Assembly (NCBI RefSeq): GCF_044704955.1 | Contig: NW_027251778.1 | Location: 310,001 to 374,000 of the forward strand | Direction of reading: 5' to 3' | Length of the DNA stretch: 64,000 nt | Origin: Pristiophorus japonicus | Lineage: Eukaryota | In this document: piece after piece, positions 12,357 through 25,030 of the stretch | How the letters are laid out: each line of letters starts with the position of its first letter | Numbering within the stretch: position 1 is the first letter of the stretch | Notes under the pieces: generated by a model | The model's input: only the letters and a program-made list of their open reading frames with translations | Databases searched by the model: none | Told to the model about the DNA's origin: nothing | Translations under genes and position numbers: made by a program

Positions 12357-13513
12357 ATGATGTGTACTGTTTGCCTATATACAGTGTTGCTGATTCTCGC
12401 AGGTAACTCTTTATACCTGTCGGGCAATTCGGGCCCGGTTTAATCTGCTAACTGATAGTCGGGTTGCTGAATGTACGCTGCAATCAGTTAGCTAACTTAA
12501 AGGCTTGATAATTGTTTAGTGAAGCAAGTTGTTAAGAGCAGGAGTGTCCTGCCTGAGAGGGTAGTGAAACACATTCGATAGTAACTCGTAAAAGGCAATT
12601 GGATCAATAGCTGAAGGCGGAAGTTCTGTTGGGAGAAGGTGTGTCGGAGTAGGAATAATCGGGAGGTTGTTTCAAAGAGACAGCACTGCAAGATGGACCA
12701 AATGGTGTACTCTGCTCCTACTCTTACTCTCCTACTCTTCTGTAGCACCCCATGATCCGACAAATACATTATATTGTGGCCTAATTGGTTTCTAAATAAA
12801 TGTCACGTGATTTGTCGGCTCCCTTTGAGCTGAAGGTTGGACGGGCGGAGGCGGCGAGTGCCGGCTGATTGCCCAGGTGAGAGAGCCGAACCCGTCCGTC
12901 TCCATCGACTGGTGGGCGATGCAAAGGAGCCAGAATCGTCGGCGCAGCGAGTGAGGGGAGCTGGCTAACATGTTGCCCGCAACCCCACACAGCATTGGGC
13001 ACTGAGACCAAGTGTAGCGATTTAGCGCCACTCCGTTTGTGAGCAGCTGATTCTAAGCCATCCACAGATGACGAGGCTGTATTTTAGCTGGGCGTACTGT
13101 TCGACTGTGGTGTGCATCGCGCGTTTTGACTGAAAGTGTCTCTCTCTATATATGTATCCCTGATGTACCTGTTTATATTTGACACGACCTGTTTCTCCTG
13201 TTCCCCTGCAGCCCCTTGCAGGAGCGCTCTGATATCCCAGTGGTCCAAACGCCTATCGCTTGGAGCGGGGCTCGCTGCTGAAATGCATTGTTACCAGAAC
13301 GACTCCAGCTATAGCTACATGCACTGGTACCGTCAGCGTAGCGGGACAGGCTTTCAGCTCTTTTCGACCTCGCTCACCACCAACGACCACACGCCTGAAG
13401 ACGGTTTCGAGGAGAAGTTTAAAGGCACCAGACCCGATCTTAAATCTTACAGCCTAAAAACACTGAGCATGGAGCCGGCTGACACAGCGGTGTATTAATG
13501 CGCTGCCAGTGAT
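12357..13513 (+). pseudogene. TRBV: Family-A V A5, pseudogene with intact leader (12357-12402; exon 13212-13513)
   Basis: TAT TAA before the 2nd Cys; heptamer CATAATG. Confidence 0.87.
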
Positions 13514-13747
13514 CATAATGATTCAAGCAGGTTTAGCTCTGCGTCAAAAACACATCACCCTCTCACACTGAGCGGAAAACTCGCTTAAGCAGAGCTCAAA
13601 AAGTTACCTGCACATCGATGAATGCTCACCACGGTTTCTGCTGACTGCAACGTGTTGAATAAGGACCTCTATTGTCATTTAGAATAACCCAAAAAGATTT
13701 CGGGATACCAGATCAAACGGATTCTTTCAACCAAATTCTTTTTGATA

Positions 13748-14480
13748 ACTTATGTAATAGTAGCAGGAGTGTGACATTCGGTCCCTCGAGCCTGCTCCGC
13801 CACTTAATAAGATCATGCCTGATCTGATCATGGGCTCAGCTCCACTTCCCCGCACACTCCCATAACCCTTGCCTCCCTTATCGATGAATAATCTGTCTCT
13901 CTCCAGGGTAAATATATTCAATGACCCAACCTCCACAGCTCTATGCGGTGGATAATTCAAATGTTTTATGAACATCTGAGAAAAGAAATGTGTCCACATT
14001 TCTGTCTGAAATTGGTGGCCCCTGATTCTCAAACTATGCCCCGAGTTCTCGATTCTCCCCACGAGGTGAAACATTCACTCTGCATCTCCCCTGTCGAGCC
14101 GCTCAGAATCATATTCATTTCAATAAGTTCACCTCTCTTTCTTCAAAACGCCCATGTGTACAGGCCCAACCTGCTCAACCTTTCCTCAAAAGGCAACCCC
14201 ATCATCTCAGGAATCAACCTCGTGAACCTTCTCTGAACAGACTCCAATGCAAGGATATCCTTCCATAAATACTGAGATCAATACTGTCGGCAGTAGGTGT
14301 GGGCTCACCAACGCCCTGTTTAAAGCAGATTCAGCTTTTAAAAGGAGGAATGGATATGTACTTGAAAAGAACAACAATATGTCGGGCTATGGGGAAAGAG
14401 CAGGGTTTGGGGCAGTGTGGTGAGTTGCATGATGCAGACTGCACGGGCTAGATTGGCAACTTCTGCGCTCTGTGAATTTG
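13748..14480 (-). mobile_element. CR1-like LINE fragment plus short plus-strand tail
   Basis: ORF 13727-14074 reads GHSLRIRG..FFSQ, CR1 C-terminus. Confidence 0.8.
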
Positions 14481-14629
14481 TTCAGATTTTCTGGCTCCAA
14501 TGTTTTAATTAAATCGTTGCTTGCTGTCTGTCTTGATCGACAGAATAACGTGGCTAAAAAAAACTTCAGTCAAATGCCTCGTTGATTGCGTCTCTGATCG
14601 ATTTTAATTGAGCCACTATTCCATTCCAG

Positions 14630-14935
14630 GTAATGTGCTTTCAGACCCGCTAGCCCAGTGGCCTGCTACCATTGTTGCAGTACAGCAAGGCAGCGCGGAA
14701 CTGACTTGTTTTCGCAATGGATTCGCCCGTCAAAGCCTGCTTTGGTATAAATTCGCCGGAGAAGGGCTCGTGTTAATTGGCTATTTCATCTGGTCGTCGC
14801 AACCCCAAATGGCAGAGGGACTAAAGGCGAGATTTCACATGGCGCGAAGCGAGAGTGAAAGGAAAGCCATTCTCCGGATCAGCGGCTTGAGAGCGAGCGA
14901 CCAGGCGGTGTATTACTGCGCCGATAGTGTTGGAG
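14630..14935 (+). CDS. TRBV: Family-B V exon B3, open frame, no leader of its own
   Basis: Acceptor ttccag|GT; NVLSDPLAQWP..ELTC..LLWYK..DQAVYYCADSVG; RSS 14936-14974. Confidence 0.82.
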
Positions 14936-14974
14936 CACAGCGCTACAGACAGAGGCACAACCCGGCCCCAAACC
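14936..14974 (+). other. 23-RSS of family-B V (representative)
   Basis: CACAGCG + 23 nt + CCCCAAACC. Confidence 0.82.
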
Positions 14975-15067
14975 GCCAGCAACTGATTGGTTTGTTCAGA
15001 TCCGTTACACGTATTTCCATCATTCCCCGGGTGAGCTCAACTTTCAGTCTCTCCTTCTCTCTGTCTC

Positions 15068-15402
15068 GAGAAAGAAAGGATGAAAGAAAGAAAGAAGAAA
15101 GAAAGAAGGAGAGAAAGCAAGACAGTAAAAAGGAGAAAAGTAACGACAGAAAGCAGAGAAAGAAGGAAGGAGAGAAAGAAAGGAGAGAAAGAAAGTTGGA
15201 GAGAAGGAAGGAAAAGAGAGAAGGAAAGAGAGAGAGAATGAAAGCAGGACAGAAAGCAAGGAGTGAAAGAACGAAGGAGAACAAGAAAGATGGATTGAAA
15301 TCAAGAAGGAGAGAAAGAAAGAATGAGAGATAGAAAGAAAGAGTGAAAGAAAAAAGCACAGTAAGAAAGAAAGAATGGGTGAAAGAAAGACAGGTGAGAA
15401 AG
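15068..15402. repeat. Purine-rich tract (copies at ~25617-25951, 33926-34260, 42235-42570)
   Basis: A/G low complexity. Confidence 0.85.
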
Positions 15403-15572
15403 GATGTTGTGTATCTGCACAAAGCTCATATATGTCAACCGTTCAAAACATAACCAAACTGGCGAACTCTTTGAACAGATTGCTCATTGCCAAAGCAGTC
15501 CTGCCGACTAATTATTCTGACATTGACATCTCAGAAGCAAGGATTGACTTTGCCCGGTTAAGGGAACGTTCT

Positions 15573-15690
15573 ATTGGGCAATCTTGCAATGACGTTACTT
15601 CCTCCACCAACCAGAAAACGAGGTGCAAGAAGCGATAAGATCCCATTGAGTGCCAGCAGGGCTGGGCTGGGAGGTGGGGAGTCTGTGATC
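15573..15690 (+). promoter_or_regulatory. Family-A promoter: ATTGG, TGACGTTA, GATAAG
   Basis: ATTGG 15573-15577, TGACGTTA 15590-15597, GATAAG 15634-15639. Confidence 0.65.
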
Positions 15691-16825
15691 ATGATGTGCA
15701 CTGTTTGCCGATATACACTGTTGATGATTCTCGCTGGTAAATCTTTATACCTGTCGGGCAATTCGGGCCCGGTTTAATCTGCAAACTGATAGTCGGGTTG
15801 CTGAATGTACGCTGCAATCAGTTAGCTAACTTACAGGCTTTATAATTGTTTAGTGAAGCAAGTTGTTAAGATCAGGAGTGTCCTGCCTGAGAGGGTAGTG
15901 AAACACAATCCATAGTTACTCGCAAAAGGCAATTGGATCAATAGCTGAAGGCGGAAGTTCTGTTGGGAGAAGGTGTGTCGGAGTAGGAATAATCGGGAGG
16001 TTGTTTCAAAGAGACAGCACTGCAAGATGGACCAAATGGTCTCCTACTCTTCTGTAGCACCCCATGTTCCGACAAATACATTATATTGTGGCCTAATTGG
16101 TTTCTAAATAAATGTCACGTGATTTTTCGGCTCCCTTTGAGCTGAAGGTTGGACGGGCCGAGGTGGCGAGTCCCGGCTGATTGCCCAGGTGAGAGAGCCG
16201 AACCCGTCCGTCTCCATCGACTGGTGGGCGGTGCAAAGGAGCCAGAATCGTCGGCGCAGCGGGTGAGCGGAGCCGGCTAACATGTTGCCCGCAACCCCAC
16301 ACAGCATTGGGCACTGAGACCAAGTGTAGCGATTTAGCGCCACTCCGTTTGTGAGCAGCTGATTCTAGGCCATCCACAGATGACGAGGCTGTATTTTAGC
16401 TGGGCGTACTGTTCGACTGTGGTGTGCATCGCGCGTTTTGACTGAAAGTGTCTCTCTCTATATATGTATCCCTGATGTACCTGTTTATATTTGACACGAC
16501 CTGTTTCTCCTGTTCCCCTGCAGCGCCTTGCAGGAGCGCTCTGATTTCCCAATGGTCCAAACGCCTATCGCTTGGAGCGGGGCTCACTGCTGAAATGCAT
16601 TGTTACCAGAACGACTCCAGCAATAGCTACATGTACTGGTACCGGCAGCGTAGCGGGACAGGCTTTCAGCTCATAGCGACCTCGCTCACCACCAACGACC
16701 ACACGCCTGAAGACGGTTTCAAGGAGAAGTTTAAAGGCACCAGACCCGATCTTAAATCTTACAGCCTAAAAACACTGAGCATGGAGCCGGCTGACACAGC
16801 GGTGTATTACTGCGCTGCCAGTGAT
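15691..16825 (+). CDS. TRBV: TCR V segment A6 (leader 15691-15736, exon 16524-16825), intact
   Basis: Open frame; RSS CACAGTG at 16826, nonamer TCCAAAACA. Confidence 0.87.
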
Positions 16826-17059
16826 CACAGTGATTCAAGCAGGTTTAACTCTGCGTCCAAAACACATCACCCTCTCACACTGAGCCGAAAACTCACTTAA
16901 GCAGAGCTCAAAAAGTCACCTGCACATCGATGAATGCTCACCACGGTTTCTGCTGACTGCAACGTGTTGAATAAGGACCTCAATTGTAATTTAGAATAAC
17001 CAAAAAGGATTTCGGGATATCAGATCAAACGGATTCTTTCAACCAAATTCTTTATGATA

Positions 17060-17800
17060 ACTTATGTAATAGTAGCAGGAGTGTGACATTCGGCCCCTCG
17101 AGCTTGCTCCGCCACTTAATAAGATCATGCCTGATCTGATCATGGGCTTAGCTCCACTTCCCCGCCCACTCCCATAACCCTTGCCTCCCTTATCGATGAA
17201 TAATCTGTCTCTCTCCACCTTAAAGATATTCAATGACCCAACCTCCACAGCTCTCTGCGGTGGATAATTCAAATGTTTTATGAACATCTGAGAGAAGAAA
17301 TGTGTCCACATTTCCCTCTGAAATTGGTGGCCCCTTATTCTCAAACTATGCCCCGAGTTCTAGATTCCCCCCACGAGGGGAAACATTCACTCTCCATCTC
17401 CACTGTCGAGCCACTCAGAATCATATTCGTTTCAATAAGTTCACCTCTCTTTCTTCAAAACGGCAATATGTACAGGCCTAACCTGCTCAAACTTTCCTCA
17501 AAAGGCAACCCCATCATCTCAGGAATCAACCTCGTGAACCTTCTCTGAACAGGCTCCAATGCAACTATACCCTTCCTTAAATACGGAGACCAAAACTGTA
17601 CGCAGTACTCCAGGTGTGGTCTCACCAACGCCCTGTTGAAAGCAGTTTCAGCTTTTAAAAGGAGGATTGCTTATATACTTGAAAAAAACAACAACATTTC
17701 GGGCTACGGGGAAAGAGCAGGGGGTGGGGTCGTCAGATTAATTGCATCATTCAGACTGCACGGGCTGGATTGGCTGCTTCTGCGCTCTGTGAATTTGTGC
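17060..17800 (-). mobile_element. CR1-like LINE fragment plus tail (copies ~27608-28350, 35917-36660)
   Basis: CR1 ORF2 remnants on minus strand. Confidence 0.8.
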
Positions 17801-17942
17801 AGATTTTCAGCCTCCAATTTAATTAAATCGTTGCATGCTGTCTGTCTTGATCCACAGAATATCGTGGTTAAAAAAAATTCAGCCAAATGCCTCGTTGATT
17901 GCATTGCTGATCGATCTTAGTTGATCCCCTATTCCTTTCCAG

Positions 17943-18154
17943 GTAATGTGCTGTCGGACCCGCTAGCCCAGTTGCCCGCTTCGATTGTTGTAGTATAGCG
18001 AGGCAGCGCAGAACTGAATGGTTTTCGCAGTGGATTCGCCTATCAGAGTCTGCTTTGGTATAAATTCGCCGGGAAAGGGCCCGTGTTAATTGGCTTTTTC
18101 ATCTGGTGGTCGCAACGCCAAAGGGCAGAGTGATTAACGGGGAGATTTCACATG
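17943..18154 (+). pseudogene. TRBV: Family-B V B4, truncated pseudogene
   Basis: TAG in FR1; 1st Cys lost; 3' third and RSS deleted. Confidence 0.85.
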
Positions 18155-18661
18155 TCTTGAGAAAGAAAGGAAGAAAGAAATATATAAGAAAGAAAGAAGG
18201 AAACAAAAAGGTGACAGTAAAATGGAGAGGAGTAACGAAAGAAAGAAAGAGAGAAAGAAAGGAGAAGGAAAGAATAGAAAGGAAGATGGGGAGAAAAAAG
18301 TTAGGCGAGAAAGATTGGAGGAGCGGAAGAAAGGAGAGAAAGAAGGAAGTGAGAAAGAAAGGAGAGAAAGATAGAATGTGATGTATCTGCACAAAGCTCA
18401 TATATGTCACCGTTCAAAACTTATTGCAACTCACAGAAACGTTGAGTCAATTGCACAGTGCAAAAGCAGTCCTGTGTACTGATTATTCTGACATTTACAT
18501 CTTAGAAACAAGCATCCGCATTGCCCGGAGGAGGGGACGTTCTATTGGATACTCATGCAATGTCGTTACTTCCTCCACCAAACATTAAACGAGGAGCAGG
18601 GGGCGATAAGATCTCATTGATTGTCAGCAGGGCTGGGCTGGGAGGTGCTGAGTCTGTGATC

Positions 18662-19751
18662 ATGATGTGCACTGTTTGCCGATATACACTGTTGCTGGTT
18701 CTTGCAGGTAACTCTTTATACCTGTCGGGCAATTCGGGCACGATTTAATCTGGTAACTTATAGTCGGGATGCTGAATGTACGCTGCAATCTGTTAGATCA
18801 CTGAAAGATTTTATAATTTTGAGCTCAGCGAGTTGTTAGGATCAGGAGTGTCCTGCCTGAGAGGGAGGTGAAACACATTCAATAGTAACTCGCAAAAGAC
18901 AATTGGATTAAAAGCTGAAGGAGGTATTCTGCAGGGCTGTGGAGAAAAGGTGTGTCGCAGTAGGAATAATCGGGAGGTTTTTTCAAAGAGACCGAACTGC
19001 AAGATGGACCAAATGCTTCCCTACCCTGCTGTAACACACCATGTTCCTAAAGATCCATTATATTTTGGCCTAATTGGTTTCTAGAAATGCGTCACTTGCC
19101 TCGTTTCATCACTTTGTGCTGAAGGTTGGACGGGCCGAGGCGGCGGAATCGGATGCGCACGGTGTGATGGGTCCCGCTAACATTTTGCATCTCGCCACTA
19201 CTCCCCCCCGCCACCCCTCACCCCCAGCAATGTGCACTGGGACCAAGTGCAGCAATTTAACGCCGCTACGGTCGTGTTCAGCTGATTCTAGACCATCCAC
19301 TGATGACGAGTCTGTATTTTAGTTGGGCGAACTGTTCGACTGTGGTGTACATCGCGCGTTTGAGCAGAAAGTGTCTCTCTCTATCTCTCCATCTATCCCC
19401 GTTGCAGCTGTTTTATTTAACGCGACCTGTTTCTCCTGTTCCTGTGTAGCCCCTTGCAGGAGCGCGCTGGTTTCACAGTGGCCGAACCGGCTGTCGCTTG
19501 GAGCCGAGCTCACGGCTGAAATGTACTGTTACCAGAACGACACCAGCGATACCTACATGTACTGGTACCGGCACCATCGCGGGACAGTCTTTCAACTCAT
19601 CGCGACCTCTGTCGGCACATCGGTCCCCACGTTTGAAGAAGGTTTCAAGGACAGGTTTTATGGTAGCAGATCCGATCTTAAATCTTGCAGCCTAAAAATA
19701 CCGAGCGTGGATCTGGCTGACACGGCGGTGTATTACTGCGCTGCCAGTGAT
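18662..19751 (+). CDS. TRBV: TCR V segment A7 (leader 18662-18707, exon 19450-19751), open frame
   Basis: RSS 19752-19790; promoter CRE variant TGTCGTTA. Confidence 0.85.
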
Positions 19752-22700
19752 CACAGTGATTCAATCAGGTTTAGACCCGCTTCAAAAACATACCAGCCTC
19801 TCACACTGAGCCGAAAACTCACTTAAGCAGAGCTCAAAAAGTCTCCTGCACGTCGCTGAAAGCTTGCACAGTTTTCTGGTGACTGCAATGTGTTAAATAA
19901 GGACATCTATTCTAATTTAGACACATCCAAAACGATTTCTGTATTCCAGATCAAAGGGATTATGTCAACCAATTTCTTTATGAGAACATAAGAAGTAGGA
20001 GCAGGAGTCGGCCATATGGCCCCACGAGCCTGCTCCGCCATTCAATAAGATCATGGCTGCTCTGATCATGGACTCAACTCCTATCATCATAAGCCGACCC
20101 TCGGAATCTAGGAAGACATGCTTCCACTCTTAAAATAAGTCAGAAACAGATTGTTTTATGCAGATCCCTTATACGTTTTGCGATCATTCGCTAGGTGTGC
20201 TCAATTGTCAGTGTTTCTTTCTCTCCCTCTCAAGAAAGAAAGGAAGGAAGAAATCAATACGAAAGAAAGAAGAGTAAAGAAGACAGTAAAATAGAGAGAA
20301 GTTAAGAAAGAAAGAGAGAAGAAAAGAAGGAGAGAAAGAAAGAAGAGGAGAAAGAAAGAAGGCGAGATGGAAGGAAATAAAGAGAGAAAGAATGTCGTGT
20401 ATCAGCACAAAGCTCATATATATCAACAGTTCAGAAATTAATGAAACTCGCATACACTATCAATAGATTGCCCATTGCAATAGTAGTTCTGTGCACTGAT
20501 TATTCTTACATTTACATCTCAGAAACAAGAATCTGCATTGCCCGGATGAGGAAAATTTCTATTGGATACTCTTGCAATGACGTTACTTCCTCCACCAACC
20601 ACAAAACGAGGCACAGGGGCGATAAGATCCCATTGAGTGTCAGCAGGGCAGGGTTGGGAGGTGGGGAGTCTGTGACCATGATGTGCACTGTTTGCCTATA
20701 TACGCTGTTGTTAGTTCTCGCAGGTAAGTCTTTATACCTGTCGGGCAATTCGGGCACGGTTTAACCTGCTAACTGATAGTCGGGTTGCTGAATGTACGCT
20801 GCAATCAGTTAGCTCACTTAAAGGCTTTATAATTGTTCAGCGCAGCGAGTTGTTCGGATCAGAAGTGTCCAGCCTGAGAGGGCGGTGCAACTCACTTAAT
20901 AGTAACTCGCAAAGGCAAATTGGATCAGTAACTGAAGGGGGAAATTCTGCAGAGCTGTTGGGAGAAGGTATGTCGGAGTAAGAATAATCGGGAGGGTGTT
21001 TCATTGAGACAGCACTGCAAGATGGACCAAATGGTCTACTCTGCTGTAATACCCCATGTTCCTCCAATTCTATTATATTGTGGTCTAATTGGTTTCTAAA
21101 TATATGTCACCTACCTCGTCGCCTCCGTTTGAGCTGAAAGTTAGACAGGCCGAGACGGCGGGTCCAGGCCGATTGCCCAGGTGAGTGAACCAAACCAGTC
21201 CATCTCCATAGCCTGGTGGACAGAGAAAAGGAGCCGAACTACAAGATGGACGAAATGCTTCCCTACCCTGCTGTAACACACCATGTTCCTAAACATCCAT
21301 TATATTTTGGCCTAATTGGTTTCTAGAAATGCGTCACTTGCCTCGTTTCATCACTTTGTGCTGAAGGTTGGACGGGCCGAGGCGGCGGAATCGGATGCGC
21401 ACGGTGTGATGGGTCCCGCTAACATTTTGCATCTCGCCACTACTCCCCCCCGCCACCCCTCACCCCCAGCAATGTGCACTGGGACCAAGTGCAGCAATTT
21501 AACGCCGCTCCGGTCGTGTTCAGCTGATTCTAGACCATCCACTGATGACGAGTCTGTATTTTAGTTGGGCGAACTGTTCGACTGTGGTGTACATCGCGCG
21601 TTTGAGCAGAAAGTGTCTCTCTCTATCTCTCTATCTATCCCCGTTGCAGCTGTTTTATTTAACGCGACCTGTTTCTCCTGTTCCTGTGTAGCCCCTTGCA
21701 GGAGCGCGCTGGTTTCACAGTGGCCGAACCGGCTGTCGCTTGGAGCCGAGCTCACGGCTGAAATGTACTGTTACCAGAACGACACCAGCGATACCTACAT
21801 GTACTGGTACCGGCAGCATCGCGGGACAGTCTTTCAACTCATCGCGACCTCTGTCGGCACATCGGTCCCCACGTTTGAAGAAGGTTTCAAGGACAGGTTT
21901 GATGGTAGCAGATCCGATCTTAAATCTTGCAGCCTAAAAATACTGAGCGTGGATCTGGCTGACACGGCGGTGTATTACTGCGCTGCCAGTGATCACAGTG
22001 ATTCAATCAGGTTTAGACCCGCTTCAAAAACATACCAGCCTCTCACACTGAGCCGAAAACTCACTTAAGCAGAGCTCAAAAAGTCTCCTGCACGTCGCTG
22101 AAAGCTTGCACCGTTTTCTGGTGACTGCAATGTGTTAAATAAGGACATCTATTCTAATTTAGACACATCCAAAACGATTTCTGTATTCCAGATCAAAGGG
22201 ATTATGTCAACCAATTTCTTTATGAGAACATAAGAAGTAGGAGCAGGAGTCGGCCATATGGCCCCACGAGCCTGCTCCGCCATTCAATAAGATCATGGCT
22301 GCTCTGATCATGGACTCAACTCCTATCATCATAAGCCGACCCTCGGAATCTAGGAAGACATGCTTCCACTCTTAAAATAAGTCAGAAACAGATTGTTTTG
22401 TGCAGATCCCTTATACGTTTTGCGATCATTCGCTAGGTGTGCTCAATTGTCAGTGTTTCTTTCTCTCCGTCTTAAGAAAGAAAGGAAGGAAGAAATGAAT
22501 ACGAAAGAAAGAAGAGTAAAGAAGACAGTAAAATAGAGAGAAGTTAAGAAAGAAAGAGAGAAGAAAAGAAGGAGAGAAAGAAAGAAGAGGAGAAAGAAAG
22601 AAGGCGAGATGGAAGGAAATAAAGAGAGAAAGAATGTCGTGTATCAGCACAAAGCTCATATATATCAACAGTTCAGAAATTAATGAAACTCGCATACACT

Positions 22701-23475
22701 ATCAATAGATTGCCCATTGCAAAAGTAGTTCTGTGCACTGATTATTCTTACATTTACATCTCAGAAACAAGAATCTGCATTGCCCGGATGAGGAAAATTT
22801 CTATTGGATACTCTTGCAATGACGTTACTTCCTCCACCAACCACAAAACAAGGCACAGCGGCGATAAGATCCCATTGAGTGTCAGCAGGGCAGGGTTGGG
22901 AGGTGGGGAGTCTGTGACCATGATGTGCACTGTTTGCCTATATACGCTGTTGTTAGTTCTCGCAGGTAAGTCTTTATACCTGTCGGGCAATTCGGGCACG
23001 GTTTAACCTGCTAACTGATAGTCGGGTTGCTGAATGTACGCTGCAATCAGTTAGCTCACTTAAAGGCTTTATAATTGTTCAGCGCAGCGAGTTGTCGGAT
23101 CAGAAGTGTCCAGCCTGAGAGGGCGGTGGAACTCACTAAATAGTAACTCGCAAAGGCAAATTGGATCAGTAACTGAAGGGGGAAATTCTGCAGAGCTGTT
23201 GGGAGAAGGTATGTCGGAGTAAGAATAATCGGGAGGGTGTTTCATTGAGACAGCACTGCAAGATGGACCAAATGGTCTACTCTGCTGTAATACCCCATGT
23301 TCCTCCAATTCTATTATATTGTGGTCTAATTGGTTTCTACATATATGTCACCTACCTCGTCGCCTCCGTTTGAGCTGAAAGTTAGACAGGCCGAGACGGC
23401 GGGTCCAGGCCGATTGCCCAGGTGAGTGAACCAAACCAGTCCGTCTCCATAGCCTGGTGGACAGAGAAAAGGAGC
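18992..23475. repeat. 2,242-bp tandem duplication, junction at ~21234
   Basis: ORFs 19323/21565 and 20441/22683 are offset by 2,242. Confidence 0.9.
20678..21993 (+). CDS. TRBV: TCR V segment A8 (leader 20678-20723, exon 21692-21993), chimeric intron, intact
   Basis: Open frame; RSS 21994-22032. Confidence 0.85.
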
Positions 23476-24055
23476 CAGAATCAGCGGCGCACTGGGTGAG
23501 CGGAGCCCACTAACATGTTACCACCAACCCTCCCAGCAATGGTCACTGAGGCCAAGTGTACCAATTTAGCACCACTCCGGTCATGACCAGCTGGTAATAA
23601 GCCATCCACAGATGACGAGTCTGTATTTTAGCGGGTCGCACTGTTCGACTGTGTTGTGCATCGCGCATTTTGGTAGAAAGTTTCTCGCTCTCTCTCTATC
23701 CCCGTTGTAGCTGTTTATATTTGACCCGAACTGTTTCTCCTGTTCCTCTGTAGCCCCTTGCAGGAGCGCTGTGGTGTCCCAGTGGCCGAACCGGCTGTCG
23801 CTTGGAGTGGGGCTCACCGCTGAAATGCACTGTTACCAGAACGACACCAGCGATAACTACATGGACTGGTACCAGCAGCGTAGCGGGGCAGGGTTCCAGC
23901 TCATAGCGACCTCGGTCACTACCAATGACCCCACGCCTGAAGACGGTTTCAAGGAGAGGTTTAAAGGCACCAGAACCGATCTTAAATCTTGCAGCCTGAA
24001 AATACTGACAATGGAGCCAGGTGACACGGCGGTGTATTACTGCGCTGCCAGTGAT
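22920..24055 (+). CDS. TRBV: TCR V segment A9 (leader 22920-22965, exon 23754-24055), open frame, MDW instead of MYW
   Basis: RSS 24056-24094. Confidence 0.83.
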
Positions 24056-24288
24056 CACAGTGATTCAAGCAGGTTTAGCCCTGCATCAAAAACACATCAC
24101 CCTCTCACACTGAGCCGAAAACTCACTTAAGCAGCGCTCAAAAAGTCACCTGCACATCGATGAATGCTCACCACGTTTTCTGGTGACTGCAACGTGTTGA
24201 ATGAGGACATCTATTCTAATTTAGAATAATCAAAAACGATTTCTGGATTCCAGATCAAAAGGATTATTTCAACCAAATTATTTATGAG

Positions 24289-25030
24289 AGCAAAAGGAAT
24301 AGGAGCAGGAGTGGGTCATTCCCGCGCCTCGACCCTGCTGCACCACTCAATGAGATCATGGCTGATCTGATCATGGAATCAGCTCCACTTCACCGCCCGC
24401 TCGCACTGACCCTTGCCTCCATGATCGCTCAAAATCTGTCGATCTCCACCTTAAATATATTCAGTGAACCAGCCTCCACAGCTCTCTGCGGTGGACAGTT
24501 TAAAAGTTTCACGAACCTTTGAGACAAGAAATTCCTCCACATCTCCATCTTAAATGGGCGATCCCATTATTCTGAGACTGTGCTCCCTAGTACTAGATTC
24601 CACCACGAGGGTAAACATGCACACTGCATCTACCTTGTCGAGCCCCCTCAGAAACATGTATGTTTCAATAAGTTCACCTCTCATTCTTCTAAACTCCAAT
24701 GGGTAGAGGCCCAAACATCTCAACTTTTCTCAAAAGGCAATCCCTTCAGCTCAGGAATAGACCGAGTGCACCTTCTCTGAACAGCCTCCAATGCAAGGAT
24801 ATCCTTCCATAAATACTGAGATCAATACTGTCGGCAGTACAGTAGGTGTGGGCTCACCAACGCCCTGTTGAAAGCAGATTCAGCTTTTAAAAGGAGGAAT
24901 GGATATATACTTGAAAGGAACAACAATATGTCGGGCTATGGGGAAAGAGCAGGGGTTGGGGCAGTGTGGTGAGTTGCATGATGCAGACTGCACGGGCTAG
25001 ATTGGCAACTTCTGCGCTCTGTGAATTTGT
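24289..25030 (-). mobile_element. CR1-like LINE fragment plus tail (copies ~32598-33340, 40907-41650)
   Basis: Homologous to 10524-11270. Confidence 0.78.

Noticed and set aside
24064-24078. Direct A-to-B splicing via CAG|GTTTAG in the RSS spacer, giving a two-V protein
   Set aside because: Weak donor in phase 2; joining it to the B acceptor gives AGG TAA (stop)
24107-24147. Second RSS-like CACACTG...TCAAAAAG behind A RSSs
   Set aside because: Spacer is ~25 nt, not 12 or 23
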